A stretch of 57,174 bases of DNA, counting the filler, from Sphacelaria rigidula (Eukaryota): NCBI GenBank assembly GCA_964200075.2. It is 6 parts of 6 records of this genome, joined end to end, with 100 filler letters (N's around TTAATTAATTAA, not from the genome) between each part and the next. Parts side by side here need not be neighbours in the genome. Positions count along the whole stretch, not along the records: positions 9,547 to 18,992 come from CAXNAA020008478.1; positions 19,093 to 28,538 come from CAXNAA020008479.1; 4 more parts are not named here. One strand, 5' to 3'. The notes under the pieces were generated by a model. That model was given only the letters and a program-made list of their open reading frames with translations, did no database searches and was not told the DNA's origin. The position numbers and the translations under genes were made by a program. Below are positions 11,376 to 25,472 of the stretch, piece after piece. Positions within the stretch are counted from its first letter, which is position 1, and each line of letters opens with the position of its first letter.

Positions 11376-12485
11376 CCCTCAGTCCAACTGTAGAGGAACC
11401 AAGTGACCATTTCGAGCTGTGATTGGTCAGAGAGGTCACTCCGTGCCCCTCAGGTCTCGTTTCTGGCTTACGATTTTCCATGGGAAACTTTCAAACACGC
11501 ATGGCTGACTTGGTGTGCTTTTCGGCCGTTCTGCGAACAGGCCTCCACCTCCCTGTCAGAAACCACCCGTCCGCCTCCTGGAAACCCCCGGATGTCCCGG
11601 GACTGTCAGCTGGTGAAACTGTTCCGAGGTGACGCTCGCGGTCTGAGGCTTGACGGGTTGTACTTGGTTGTTGTTCGCAGTCGAGAAATCAACAGAGAAG
11701 AATAATATTTCAGCACTTTTTTACCGATACTTGTTGCAACGCCTCAGCTTGTGGTAGTGCACTGAGCAGAGGGCCATGTTTTTCGCAGCTGTCCCATTGT
11801 GGCGAGAGCGTCCAAAGGCGGTGCGGTGAAATTAGTTAACCCTTTCACCGCCAAGGTACATCATCTGTTGCATCCGCACACACTTGAAAATTGAACCCTC
11901 GACCTAGATCTTCTGAAAATCAGCAGCTTTGTTCTCCAGATATCAAAAAGACTGCAACACCGGGCCACTACACGATACCCCCCCCCCCCGTGTGTGCCTC
12001 AGAATAGCGATGTCGTATTTGAGGCACGTCTTAGCCATGTCTCATCAATTTACTTTTTGGTCGAAAAAGTGCGGGGGAAAAGAAAAATCTCCATCTGAGA
12101 AAATGTCAACTCCGCATCGATGACGTGGACATCAATGGCGACCTAACATGACAAATCAGATGGGATTTCTTTTTCGCCGCACCGTTTCGATGGAAAAATA
12201 ATTTGATGAGACAGCCCAAGATCCTGTCCACGGAAGGAAAAACCACAAACACATACGCGCACAAGGACGTTTGCCCATCATTTTCCACATGAAGATAAAT
12301 AATCGTTGGGTGGTACGGACACCTTCCTCTCCCACCACCGCCAAGACATGTGCCCCATCCATCATGTTGCATCCGTCGACGTCGCTTTGTTTCACTTGAA
12401 AGATGACCGTCACAACTCAAGGGTCGATCCATGTATCCGCCGGCAATCGAACGGTTGGTTAGCAACAACGAAACGAATCACTCAC

Positions 12486-15400
12486 ACGAACTTGCGGTTC
12501 TCCAGCGGGCGATCCAGAGAAACCGCGAGCTGGTCCATCGCTATGTCGAAGGCCTGCTGCACAGTGTCGCCGCGAATCAAAACCTTGTAAAATGTATGCG
12601 CGAAGGTTTGCGCCTGCCGACGATATAGAGTGCGGGGGGGGAGCAGAGTTAGCTGCGGGGTACCTACCACGGAAGGAGATTCAGTCGGGGAACAAGTGTG
12701 GACAGCAGATGGGCTCCGGCATGTTTCGCGGCTGTTAGCATGCCTACTAGGGCTTCGCCAGATAAACGAACAGAGTAGACAGACACCTCACCAGTTTCGA
12801 GCATGAAACGCTTGTGGCGGCAGCAAAACACTATTGAATAACACGCCGAAAAGAACGACAACAAAGGGACACGACTGTAGAATCTGTGTTTTTCAACACT
12901 TCAGGGAGTACGCCATGCCGTCGTACGGTACTGTATTCAACATACACCGCGGTGCTTTCAAGTAGAATCAACTCACAATAAAAATACCGACTCGTATGAC
13001 TGCATGGGCGCGCTAACGACCCCGACAACGTAGTCCTCACACTGTATATTCTATATTCAAAATAAATAGAGAGCTCTCTTCTACAATAGTACTCACGCGC
13101 ATCGGCGCAGATTCGAGTGGTCAGACTCCTCGCACATGAAGCGCCCGAATCGGCCACATGATGTCTCTTTCTCGGGTCTCTCAACGGCTTCCGTCTTCAA
13201 ACATGAACGACAAACTTGAAACAGACTTGATCTTCGGGAAGCTCGGGGCCTTCAGGGGTCCACCCTTGGACCGCCAGGGCACGGTAGTTCACATGGGTCT
13301 TCAACTCATTTTTAGAGTCAAAATGATGCCAACTCAACAGATGGCGCTCACCGGTGGCCAAAAGGGCCAAGCTATAAGCTACACGGCAGATGGACACAGC
13401 AAGTGTCTAGGGTATGGCCAACTAGCACAGGACAACTAACGAAGGACCACAGCAGAATCACGTGGGCATCACGCTGGCGTTGTCTGCACAAAAGACAAAA
13501 TCCTCTGCTTGGTTACACGTTCACAATACCTTGTGGTCCAAAATTTTGTCCTTCTCCTTGACAGCGATGACATGCCGTACCCCCTGCGAACACAAAGGTT
13601 GAAATCACAACCATCACGAAGGCACGGCGCGGGTGGATGGGGATTGAAGATTATTTGAACCAGACGCCATGAAACACGGCACCATACTCCCGGTCAGGGT
13701 GTGCACTACGCCCACGGCACGTTGGGCTTTGCAAAAATCGGTACACTACACGCATGAAAAAACAAGATATTGTACTGTACAGTACATCACCGCGTGCACA
13801 GATGCTCATTATCGACAGTTCAACTCTCTCGTGGATCGCAGGCAAAGATGCAAAGATGTCCTGAAATTTCGTTTTGATAGTACAGCAGGAGGGTAAAAAT
13901 AGGTAGGCGTGCCGATGGACTTCGGTCGGAGAGCTGTGCTGTTTGTCCGATACTGTAAGGTGTTTCCCCACGTGATGACGTGGGGATTTCCACGCGACCT
14001 TCTTGTCCAAGAAATATACCAAAACAGACCGTCATCATTAGCATGGAGGCTGACGACGGCAGTACAAGTACGGTAGAACAATAGAACAGTAGTCGATCTG
14101 CTCGTCTGTCGGCAGGTGTGTCTTGTTCTGCATGAAACTGCTATTCAAACAACAGTACAGTACAGTATAGTACAGTGATCTGCAACGCCTCGCGGAAATG
14201 CCGCCGGAATCGATGACGGTGCATGGAGTAGTACATTGCAGTCCCTCCGACTTTCTGGGCAGGCCAGACGGCAAAATACTGTACTGTTGTGCCGTGCAAC
14301 TTCTGCTTCTGACCTCTGAGCATCATGTCTGCTCTTCCACATTGATCAACCTCATCTATGTACACTCGACTGATGACCGATACAACAGAAGAAGGTCGAG
14401 TTTCATCTCCGTCGAACTTCGGCAGAGACGAACGACAAAACCTACAGCGAACCCCAACTGTGGAACAACGACAACAGCACAGATCTGCACGCATATACCC
14501 TTCCTTCTCCCGAAGGACGCAACGGATACCACTTGTACCGTAACGTTGGCTCTAGAGTTTCATCGCGCCTAGGGTTACCTGTACTGGTGTACACGATAGA
14601 TGAGCGACACCGATTCCAAGACACTGAGAGCAAAACCAAAACTGACAAATAGGGCACTCACCGCCTGAATGAACACGTGCGCAAGGCTAGCAGAGTGACA
14701 TGAACTGAGGAAGACAAGCTGCAGACCCGATGACGAACAATTTTCACCCCGACTAGTAGCAGCAGTGGTAGGCATCGTAGAAACAGTGGGCTCGTCGTGC
14801 ACCCGCTCCAATTCCTCCGCCACCTGCCCCTCGAAGCCAAGCTCCGCGATCCCTCCCGAAACGTCCTCGAAAGGTGCATAGCCGATCCCGACAGAAGGGC
14901 CCTCCTCGTTTACATGGGGCGCTGCTATCGTGGCCGCAGTCTTTCCAGAAGCCAGCTTTGAGCCTCGGCCAGAGGTACAGTTGGTTGCCGTTCCCGCACA
15001 CCGCTCCCGCCCCGGCCGCGCGGCAGCACCCCCAGCATTGTAGTAGTCACTGCCGCTGCTACCCCGAGCTGAGAAAGACTGGCCCTGCAACATTGCAAGC
15101 AGCTGTGTCTCGTCCACGTACTGCAACTGCCCATGCTTGTCCTCGAAGGTCAGCTTACCTGGCTGTCCGTGGCCCGTAAAGTGTAAGATGCGGCACTCTC
15201 CACCCCTCGAGCCCGAGCCCGCTCTCCTACCGCTGCACCGTCGCCCACTTCTCCCGCCGCTTGGATCACTGCCTGTACGTGCTAAATATGTCGAAGAAGC
15301 GCCGCGGAATGAGCTGTCGCCGTAGTCGGCGGTGCCGCGGCCAGGTGTATCAGGACACCCTACGGCACGGGAGAACGAAGCGGTGTTTGCGGCCTCTGAC

Positions 15401-15630
15401 CTAAAGCGGATTGCTCTGTAGGATTCGCGCAGGGTACTGACGAGCGTCTCGCGTTCACCTTCGTAGCTGAGCTCCGGCACGGGCTTGGGTACCTGGCAGC
15501 GGCCGCCGCCCTTGGCCATTTCGAGCTCGGTCAGCGGCGCCGAGAATAAGTGCGTGAATATCAAGGGCGGCCGGGTGGCGGGATAGCCATCGCCGCCGGC
15601 TTCTGTCAGGCTTCTCCTGCGCGCAGTCAT
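12486..15630 (-). CDS. CHAT-domain (caspase/separase-like, clan CD) protease, 3'-partial; exons 15630-14662, 13583-13530, 12613-~12486
   Basis: LFSAPL...LSYEGERETLVSTL, CRILHFTGHG (catalytic His), LTFED, LQLVFLSSCHS (catalytic Cys), then A|GVRHVIAV...ILDHK|AQTFAHTFYKVLIRGDTVQQAFDIA. This is the full CHAT motif order across phase-0 GT-AG junctions. The last donor is ambiguous. Confidence 0.85.
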
Positions 15631-16975
15631 GACTGCACTCCAGCCCTAGTGCGTTTTGGGAAGTGGGGAAAGGAGACTGCGTTACGGTAGAATGATGCTG
15701 TAGGGAAGTCTGTGTTGTTGGCAAGTGAGTGACTGCTGCCGTGAGGGCGGCATCTGTTGTTCAAATGAAAATCAGTTCAGCAGACAGTTATGCAGAGGAC
15801 ACTGCATACATACGGTGAGTATGTAGTCAGTAGAAGTACGAACTAATTGGATGTGCAATGACCCGAGCTATAATTAAAACCAGCACTGTTGTTGTTGCAG
15901 TCGAGAACTCCGTTCACAATCGGTTGTCATTTACAACAGACAGTATTGGGTGAAGAGTATCACATGATTTCCTGTTGTTTGTACGATACAAGACCCCATA
16001 ATTGCGATTTCATCATATTTTTCATCGCCTAGGGTCTCGACAGAAATGGAGACACACATCATCACCACCACCACCAACTACAACAACAGCGCTAACAGCA
16101 ACAACAATTTTCGATATACCCGCAGCACACTCGACTCTTGTTTACGCACGATGTCCCCTCGGTAGATGCACAAAGTGGTGATGGCTTTTGATCGCGGAAG
16201 ATGCGACCAAGAACAATCCCAAAAATGAGAGCACCGAGGCACCGACGACAATGAGCCGAGCACAACAAGCATACTATTGTAAGTACAAGAATTCGCCACC
16301 TATAGTAACAACAAATAATACTGTCTGAACTAGTGTAATAGTCTGTACAGCCCAGTTACGGAGGTCGGCGAAGCGGGAGTGCGGGGGAAAAGAAATGTAT
16401 CCCGCCAATACAACCTATGTTCGTGATAGCCTCGACCCGGGAAGACACGACTGCGCTTGGTGTGGTAGTGACCGATGGGCTAAGCGACAAGCTGCCGCGA
16501 GACAGCATCAGTTGGAGTGCTGTCGAGCAGCAAGGGCTACATACCTAGGTTGAGGTGCCGTGTTTGCAAACAACCGAAATACCATATCGCACCGTGTGAG
16601 TGTCTTTGCAATTCGGTTGCACTTCGGGCTACAAGTATGCGTCTGATAGAGTTCATTTTATACCCCGACGCACTCTAGATAAACCCCCATACAAAATCTG
16701 AGGTAAAAACACCTGTCCTCTCACCTCAAGCTGGTGACGACGCGCTTGTGTACGCCCCGGACGCGTTCGGCCAAAAACGCAAGGATTGTCTCAAGAGTAT
16801 GACTTGAAATGCGCGAACGTGAAGGCACGCAGGGGATTGGTGACCAACGGGACTTATCTGAATATTCTCAAAGCTAGTGTTACCTTGAAAAACAAGTAAC
16901 ACGAGGAAACGATGTGAGTTCGTTGCACGACGCTCTTCCACAGGCACCCGCCATTTCTGGGAGCTTCCGGGAACT
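15631..16975. promoter_or_regulatory. Putative bidirectional promoter/5'UTR region between the CHAT gene and VAC14
   Basis: Divergent start codons 1.35 kb apart; position only, no specific motif identified. Confidence 0.4.
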
Positions 16976-17248
16976 ATGGCCGAAGACGCAGGCAGCGCGA
17001 GTACTCCAGCAGAGTCCCCCCTTGCGCCGCCTATATTAAGAGGTCTAGGTGATAGGTCATACGACAAACGAAAGAATGCAGCTCTGGAAATCGAGGACTT
17101 GATCAAGAAACTCGAGGATAACAACGAGACCGACCGCATTTGCGCCATCATAGCCATGCTAGGGCAGGACTTTGCGACATCAACTAATGCGAATCATCGC
17201 AAGGGAGGGTTGATCGGGCTTGCAGCTACTGCTATTGGACTCATGGGG
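16976..17248 (+). CDS. VAC14: Vac14 (PIKfyve/Fab1 complex scaffold), first exon
   Basis: ILRGLGDRSYDKRKNAALEIEDLIK...DFATSTNANHRKGGLIGLAATAIGL is the conserved Vac14 N-terminus; donor GGG|gtgcgt at 17249. Confidence 0.93.
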
Positions 17249-18180
17249 GTGCGTGATGGTCGTGTTTGGATACATTTTTTAATAAAAGTGCATATGGCGC
17301 TGCGAGTTATGCAGAGCACTGCAGCTTTAAGCAAACTGAAGATGTACCGGGACAGAGGTCACCTAATTAAATTAGCGGAAGTCCGCATCGCGAACCAGAC
17401 CTCCCACACACAGGTAAGGGTAAGAAGCGCGACTACGGCCGAACGTTCAAACTCGACACTGGCGCAAAACTAAGCACCTGTCCAAAATCAGACGAAGGAC
17501 TGAAACATGGCACATGTCCCGTTTCACTACTGTACCGCAGCAAAAACACACTCAATTCCTGTCATGCGTCGGAGCTTTCACTGCCTCTAAAACCTAGTGT
17601 GTTCTTACAGGTTGCGAAGGCGGTTTGGATTGCATGAGCTGCGATACTCCTACGAGTGTAGTCGCCGTGTTCGTCTCTACAGAAAACAGTGTTGGTCGGC
17701 ATGCAGTGCTGGCTGCACACTGTTGAAAACTTCATGGTGTTCTGGCTGTTTCGTCTCCCGTAAAGGAACAACGCGCTATCCGTTGCTGCCACACTCCTGC
17801 TCGTGCTGTGCGTTGGGACCGAGTACTGTTGTACTGTACTACTGTGTTGTGTTGGAACATGCTATGAGATTCGACGGCACGAACACTAGGTTTTAGATCA
17901 CACTCCTGGCAATTCCCAAGCAAAATGGAGCGATCTGATTGGTAGTTACCAAGCAAATGTGTCCCGCTCCAAATGCAGTATGCATGCTTTGGCAAGCTGA
18001 TTCTTCCGACATGCCATCGCACTTGAACCGAGGGGCTTTGCTGACGATGTTTGAATCATTCCCCCAAACCTTTGCAACAGAATACCGATGATCTCAAGGT
18101 TTGTATGTTGCCTTCGGGGCGTAGGAAGTGATGTAATACGAGAGTAGAGTCTCTCGCAACACCATGTGGTTGGTCCGCGA

Positions 18181-18258
18181 GGGGGGGGCGTACTCACACT
18201 CATTCGTTGTTCGCCTCAGTCATTTGGCCATTGATCACGCATCCCTTTCGAGACGGAG
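18181..18258 (+). repeat. G-tract-anchored short interspersed repeat (family S)
   Basis: G8-CGTACTCA...CAGTCATTTGGCCATTGATCACGCATCCCTTTCGAGACGGAG. Other copies at ~19099-19171(-), 20328-20404, 20825-20885, 23255-23331, 24383-24460(-), 26454-26540(-) and 47745-47830. Confidence 0.85.
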
Positions 18259-18992
18259 TACCGTTCATACTCCCAACACCTTCTCCCCGACCACCACCCA
18301 TATGGGGTTGGTTGTGTCGAGGTAGGGTAACCCCATCGACAACACAAGCAATAAGTATGGGAGGGTAAGTTGACCTACTGGCTTGTCTGCGTTTCGTGTC
18401 AGGGGTGATGCAACACACAGTCTAGGTGGTGGGTCATGCCGACAGGACTGACGTCCAGGCTCAATCCTGCAGCTTCGGAGTTCTACGAGCTGGGCCAGTC
18501 AAGAGTAGGCGCGAACCTCGCTCAGGCGACGCACGGCGAGATATTAGGAGTTGGACGCTGAAATTTTGACATCAGCTTTTTATGATCGAAATGCACAAGA
18601 TACTTGAGCAGAAAATAAAAAGATGAAAAATAAGGAAGTTATGGGGATTCAAAATTTCAGAAAAAAAAACTAGATAATGTCACAAGTCCAGGATAAAAAA
18701 GAGAAGCTGTAGCTGGACTCGTGAAGTATCAGTTCCTTGGGTGCAGAAGGTCTTCGTGAAATTTCAGCTCAAGACTAAAATAGTCGAACTGGGCCGTGCG
18801 TTCAACATTTTCCGTGACGCTGCTGCACCCCACTATAACCCAGTGCGGGGTCATTGCTGACGTGAACCCGCCGCATAAAAAAAAAACGCAGTCCGACACG
18901 CTATATCGCTCAACGATATCAGACCCACCCTGTACTCCATGCATTACGAAAACGTCATCGGCAATACGACGCCAATCGAACAGCGATGCAGT

Positions 18993-19092
18993 NNNNNNNN
19001 NNNNNNNNNNNNNNNNNNNNNNNNNNNNNNNNNNNNTTAATTAATTAANNNNNNNNNNNNNNNNNNNNNNNNNNNNNNNNNNNNNNNNNNNN
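18993..19092. other. Artificial contig linker
   Basis: N44-TTAATTAATTAA-N44. Confidence 0.98.
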
Positions 19093-19930
19093 CTACATGC
19101 TCCGTCTCGAAAGGGATGCGTGGTCAATGGTCAAATGACTAAGGCAAGCAACAAATGAGTACGCCCCCCCTCTACACGCGTCCGTTTCCTGCTACTCTGG
19201 TCGTAAATGTAACATACAAGTTGATTTACGATGTTTGTGGTACGACGATAATGTTCTTTGATGTTGACGAGCTAATTAAGGGACACTCGCGGCATGTTTC
19301 ACGTTCCACGCTGTTCTTCTTTCACTTCTTCCCATTTCATTCCTCTCTAGACGGGGTCAGGATACGTGCATCTTTTACACGGACTTGTGGAAAAGGCGTT
19401 AGATGTCAGTGTAGTACAAGTAGTTGGATTGACGTGTTCGTAAAAAACTAACCAAAATTAAATACAGACGGGAGTGATGCCACGGTGTGGATACACAACA
19501 CAAATCTCAGGTTTGAACAGTTTAGCCGCCCTTAATCTCCACCCATGAAACGACCATTATAATAAAATACTTGGGAGCACGGTACGATTAGCATTCCAAC
19601 GGGCTCGGGATCCCGTAAAAGGTTTCGAACGCGAATGTCCCGACCTATATTCTTGTATAGCCTCCAACTTGAGGAGCCCCTCAGGGAGACGTAGCTGGAC
19701 CCGAATGTGCAACCCGTACCATGGCATGACAATCGTGGTTGTATTTTCGGCCGATCAGTGTCGCTGTTCATTCCACGTTCGTTGATCGGTTGGCCAATTT
19801 TTATTCCAATATTTTCACACTTATTTCTTATCGCTCCCCTCTCCCCTGTCGTGACGTCGCCCTCGGTTGGTGTATCCATGAATCTATTATTGTCCGTATG
19901 TTGTATATTCCGGATGGCGTGGCGGCATAG

Positions 19931-22727
19931 GAGGCTCGCAAGCTGTTCGACAAGCTCAAGGGACTACTGTCACAGGACGCACCCGCAGAATGCGCCGTCT
20001 GGTGAGTGGAAGAAAGACGATCCAAACGGCCACAAGCTGCCCCCTATGCAGTGAAATTATTAGGTACGAGAGTAGTGACACCAACTTCCTCCACCTCCCC
20101 CCCGCCCCGCCCTGCCCTGCCCTGCCCTTACTTTTCGTGTTTGACCCGCCACTACCTCCATCTTTATACCCAGAAACTTAAACCCACGAGATGACAAATT
20201 TTCCGTTTCCCTTCTCTTCCAGAAAAAACAGCAAATTCAATCCTCAAGATCATGAATTTTCCCTTCCTCTTCTCTTCTTTCTCGGCTCTGTATATGTACA
20301 CTCGCTCCTTGTCGCAATCGTATAATCCGGGGAGGGGCGTACTGATATTTCGCTTGCCTCCGTCATTTGACCATTGGCCACGCGTCCTCCTTTCGAGACG
20401 GAGCCCATCCCGGGGGGTGGGCGGAGGGGGGTGTGCTCATGATATGGCAGGCCGTAATCATATGACCATTGACCTCGCATCCCTACAAAGCTGGGACGGA
20501 ACATACCTGGTGTTTGCCAGACCGGGCTCGAAATGGATCACCAAGCGCGAAGCGCCGTGATGTGTTCGGCGAGCCGCATGAGGGGTGCGCTGCATCCCCC
20601 TGAGATTGTTCGGCCCGAAGCGTACTGATTGTCTTGCATGCGGATGACGGCCTCCAGTGAGTTGGTTCATTTTCTCGTATCGTCGCTTCTAGAGACGGCG
20701 ACGGGTTCCACACTGCCCCATGGGTGTCTAAACTTGCAAACACTTAACACTACGTAGCATGATCGTCCTCTTCGGTCATAATTGAGGTTTTCCGCCCCGC
20801 AAAATTGATCTCGCTCGAGCCTCCGGGGGGGAGGGGGGGCGGGGGGGTACTGATTTGTTGCTCGCCTTAGTCATATAACCATTGAAACATCCGGGAGCGG
20901 GATCGTCAGGGCACCGTTTTCCGTATCTGTGCATTGGCTGTCCATATGCCAATCAGCATCTGATGTGTGCAATCGTCTCTGCCCGATCGACGTTCACCAT
21001 TTTCATGTGCTCGTATTTTTGTTTTTCACCAAGACCCGTGTCAGTCATCTTGTCGCGGGTAACCGTTTCTGTTCGTTCAACATTTTTCATTCGATTTGCC
21101 CGTTTTTGTTCTGTTGCTGTCCTTACGCAGCCTGGAGCCGGTCGAACCGGCAGACGCTCGGGTTTTGCGCGGCTGCGGGCACGGCTTCTGCTACAAGGTA
21201 AGTTAACTTCTCTGTGGAAGACTACCAAATCGCATGTGAAAACACGCTCATCCTGTTGTCGCAATTGAGCCTCCCCTCCTTTGTCACTTCCCACCCTAGC
21301 CAAGCAGATTGTGTTGTTATTATCGAGTCAGCATCGCGCGTTTGATTGGGAAATATTTGATCCCTGATGCCTGATACCCTAAGCATACCGCGACTCGTCC
21401 GTAATAGTTATTTTCAAAATTTCGCGTTTTGGCGACATATCTGGGTCCATATCATGTAATTCACCTTACCAAGCACCCCTCCCCCCCTACTCCCTTGGAG
21501 GGTCGGCGTTGGTTGGCTAGGCAAATAAATAGTTTACCTTTTTTTTCCTCACTTGCGTTTTTTTTTTGCGGTAACCATGATGGTGAAGTTAGATCATGTT
21601 GAGCAGGGTGGAGAACCGGAACTCCGCGCAAAGGAGATGATCGTACTACGTAGTGTTGAAATGGTGAGACACCCAGGAGGCAGTGTATAAGTCGTGGCTG
21701 TCTCTGAATGTGGCGATACCAGAAAGTGAAGCAACTCATTGTTGGCTGTCATCTACATGCAAGATAATCAGTAGGCTTCGGGCCGAATAATCTCAGCAGG
21801 ATGCAGCTCACCCTCCATGTCACTCGCCGAACGCATCACGGCGCTTCGTGCTTGGTGATTGATTGAGGTCCTGGTCCGGCGAAAACCCGGCGTGCTCCGT
21901 CCCAGCTTTGTAGATGTGTGAAGTCAATGGCCACATGGCTACGGCATGCAAGATCAAAATTACACTCCCTCCCGCCCCCCCTCTGTGTGGATCTCCCCTT
22001 GAGGGTTGGCATCGGTTGACAACGACGCTGTAAAACACGCCACTCACTGCGTAAGCTAGTCAACCAGGTTCCCATTTTGTTTTCGCTTGCGTTTTTTTAC
22101 GGTAACCATGACGGTCTAGATAAATCGTTTTGTGCGGGGTGGAAAACCCGAATCCGCGCAAAGAGAATCAGCGTGCAACGTAGTGTATGAATGTTGAGGC
22201 ACCTATGAGGTAGTGTAAGCCGCCGCTGTCTCTGGCAGTGGTGATACCGGCAACTGAAGCAACTCGGTGTAGGCTATCATCCACATGCAATATAATCAGT
22301 ACGCTTAGGACCGAACAACGGAGGATGCAGCTCAACTTTCATGCGACTCGCCGTACTCATCACGGCGCTTCGCGCTTCGCGGTTGAGTGCGAGCCTGGTC
22401 CGGCGAAAACCCGGCTGCTCCGTCCTGGCTTTGTAGGGGGTGCAAGGTCAATGTTCATATGACTACGGCATGCAAGATTTTGAGTACACCCCGCCCTCCT
22501 GCGTTGACGTGATATTACGTACCACTCGACTGCTGCGGTACCAAACAACACGCCATCAACCTCAGGCGTCAGGTTGCGATTCCCTCGCTTCCCCTCACTT
22601 CCCCTCGAAAGTTGTTTTTTATTGACCTAAACAGCGCAACCGTCGGACCGTCCGTGCGCCTCCTGCGGGTCCCCTCAACCCAACCCAACTTAAAGACCGT
22701 CCCACCTCAAGACTACATCAACAAATT

Positions 22728-22768
<41 letters not shown>

Positions 22769-25438
22769 AAAAACCCCCCCCCCCCCCCCCCCCCCACACC
22801 ACCCCCCCCCCCCCCCCCCCCCCTCTCCCCTTGACATGGAAATAAAACACGCCACGCACTAACGCACCACAACAGTGCCTCGGCAACATGTGCGTTGTGG
22901 CCAGCGGCGGTAGCGTAGCCGGTGGTGGCGGACGTGGTACCGGTGGCCGCAGCAACTGCCCCCTTTGCCGGGCCACCTTCGCGAAAGCAGACATCATGGC
23001 TGGTGCCGACCTGGAAAAGGCTGGAGCAGTGGGCAAGGAGAACGAGGACCAGGGTGCGACGGATTCGTGGTCAGGAAAGGGCGGTGGAGGGAAGGGCAAA
23101 GGCAAGGCGAAGGAGAAGGATATGGCGACGCCTCCGCCGAAAGTCGCTGCATTGCTGAGCAGGTGAACGGGGGGGTGGGCGGGTGTACTCATCATCATGC
23201 ATGCCATAGTCATGAGACCATTGACCTCGCATGGTGGGCGGAGGGAGGGAGGGAGAGGCGGGGGGGCGTACTTATTTATTGCTTGCCTCAGTCGTTTGAG
23301 CATTGACCACACACCCCTTTCGAGACGGAGCAGGGGAAGGAACGTGAAATCGAAGAGTTGTTATAATGGTTGTACACATGAGTTTAGAAGCATACCCTTG
23401 TCTGTGTGATTGTTATTGCGACTGAGTTATTATTACACGTTTTTTGTGCGCCATTAAGTGCGATTGCTTATTGATGCAGAGCTCCCGTCAAACACGATTT
23501 GAGTTCCGCTCACTGTGGTTACCAACGGTACCTCCGTTTGCAGCTGAAGAAAGGGTGGGCGTCGTGGAAGACCTGTGGGCAGATGTGTGATAAGTCGGCG
23601 AGTTATATCTTTCGAGATGCAACGGTTGGAAAGGGAAGAGGGAGGGGGGACGTCATGGCGGTACCTGGGGTGTCAGCCAGTTGACGATCATAACTGTTGA
23701 TGGGCTGACAGGTGGCTCTTTCTTTTTTTCTCACCGTAAGACTCGTTGCTACTTTGTGTCGTCCGAAAAATATCCATTGAACATTTGTCGTGATCCACAG
23801 CTTTTATTTTATCCTTTGATGTAACAGTTCTTGCTGAAGCAGTATGATGTACTGGAAAGCCAGGAATGCTTTCGTTTTTTTCATATTTTGCGATAAAAAT
23901 GTGAAAATTGCCACGCAAAAAAACTTACCTTTGTTGCGTTCTTATGCTGTAACGACCCCCGCCCTCCCCCCCTTTGAAGTAGGTTCATGTTGTGTTATTG
24001 TCATTGTCTAGGGGTCGGATTATGGTCCGTTCGACCATACATGCCTCAAGTTTATATTTCAAACTTTTTTCGAAGTTTCACGTTTGAGCTGATACTTCAA
24101 GATTTTTTGTGCATGGATCGATATGACCTCACACTATACTGTATCCATTGGTCAACGAAAAGGGTACTATAGTTCTAGCTAGCTAGCTCCCTGTGTCTAA
24201 TGCCTCTGGTCCATGGCGCAGCAGGTGTTGCCTGTGCTATTTGACTGTGGTTTGCAACAAGTCGGGGCGGGTTGTGCTCCTCACGGTCTTGCTTGGTATA
24301 TTGAAGAACAACACTGTAGTGCCACCCGCGCACTGCTTGAGAACAACTCCAAGCTCCGTATCCGCCCCGCCCCCCCACTGTTCCGTCTCGACAGGGATGG
24401 GTGGTCAATGGTTGAACGACTAAGGCAAGCAACAAATGAGCACGCCCCCCGCCCCCCCTCGCCCTCCATCTTCATGGTGGCTTTAGGTGAACTTGACCCA
24501 TTTTTGCGCACAGGTGGTCAGTCGGACATCAGCCGGTGTTGATATTGGGAATTTCCGGAATATTCTTGAACTGGTGAAGGCATCGCACCTACGTATGATG
24601 AGAGTACGTGGAAATAAGTAATGGGGGATTGGAGCCCACAGGCTGTCCCACGCCCAGCCTGATGTTGTCATTTGTTGCAAGTGAACCACGACCGGACACC
24701 CTTGGGCGTAACGCGTGCAGACCGTAGGCGATGACTGCGCCGACAGCACTTCCAAGTCCTGCGCATTCAACGTCTTTTACACGTGAGGACCTACAGGCGC
24801 GTCTCTGTGTGTGGTCTGGGGTCGGTTCGGCGCCAAAATTGAAAAATGGCTCCTAGTGATGATTGGAATGACGCGAGCTACTTGGTAGATAGTCCCACGA
24901 CGAACTCAAGAGCTGATCGTATCGACTGGAACATTAAATAGCTTTCTAAAGCTTGTGTAATTCGCTAATTTTCCAACTGGCGATAATCTGCCCCTGCGCG
25001 CACTGGTCATTTTCCAAAGGCCGGGAATGTGCTGTCCGTTACACATCTCTTAACGCCCATGCTTGATGCTTGGGCAGTGTAGGTGTTTTATCCAACACAT
25101 GAGTCCCGCGGTAGGGTTGCACGAAATACTACCTCAGGTTTTAATCGTAAGGAGCCCTTCATCTCATTCAAAAAAAACGACGTATGATTTATGTGAGAAC
25201 ACGCCACGATTACTGTAGTATTTCACAACTAGCCAGGGATATCTCTAGTTACTTTCCAAATGAGAATATCCTGGCCCATATTCTTGTGCATCTCCTGACT
25301 TTATTATTATTATTATTACTACTACTATTGCGTTCGTCACATCAGACTTTAGGAGTCCTCAATGGGAAATATCTGGGCTCACATACGCCACTCCTTCCGT
25401 GGTTTGACTCAAAATAACGTCCGCTTTTTATTCTTTTT

Positions 25439-25472
<34 letters not shown>

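Noticed and set aside
17249-17473. C-terminal part of the 165-aa VAC14 ORF
   Set aside because: Read-through into intron 1 after the GT donor at 17249; similarity to Vac14 stops there.
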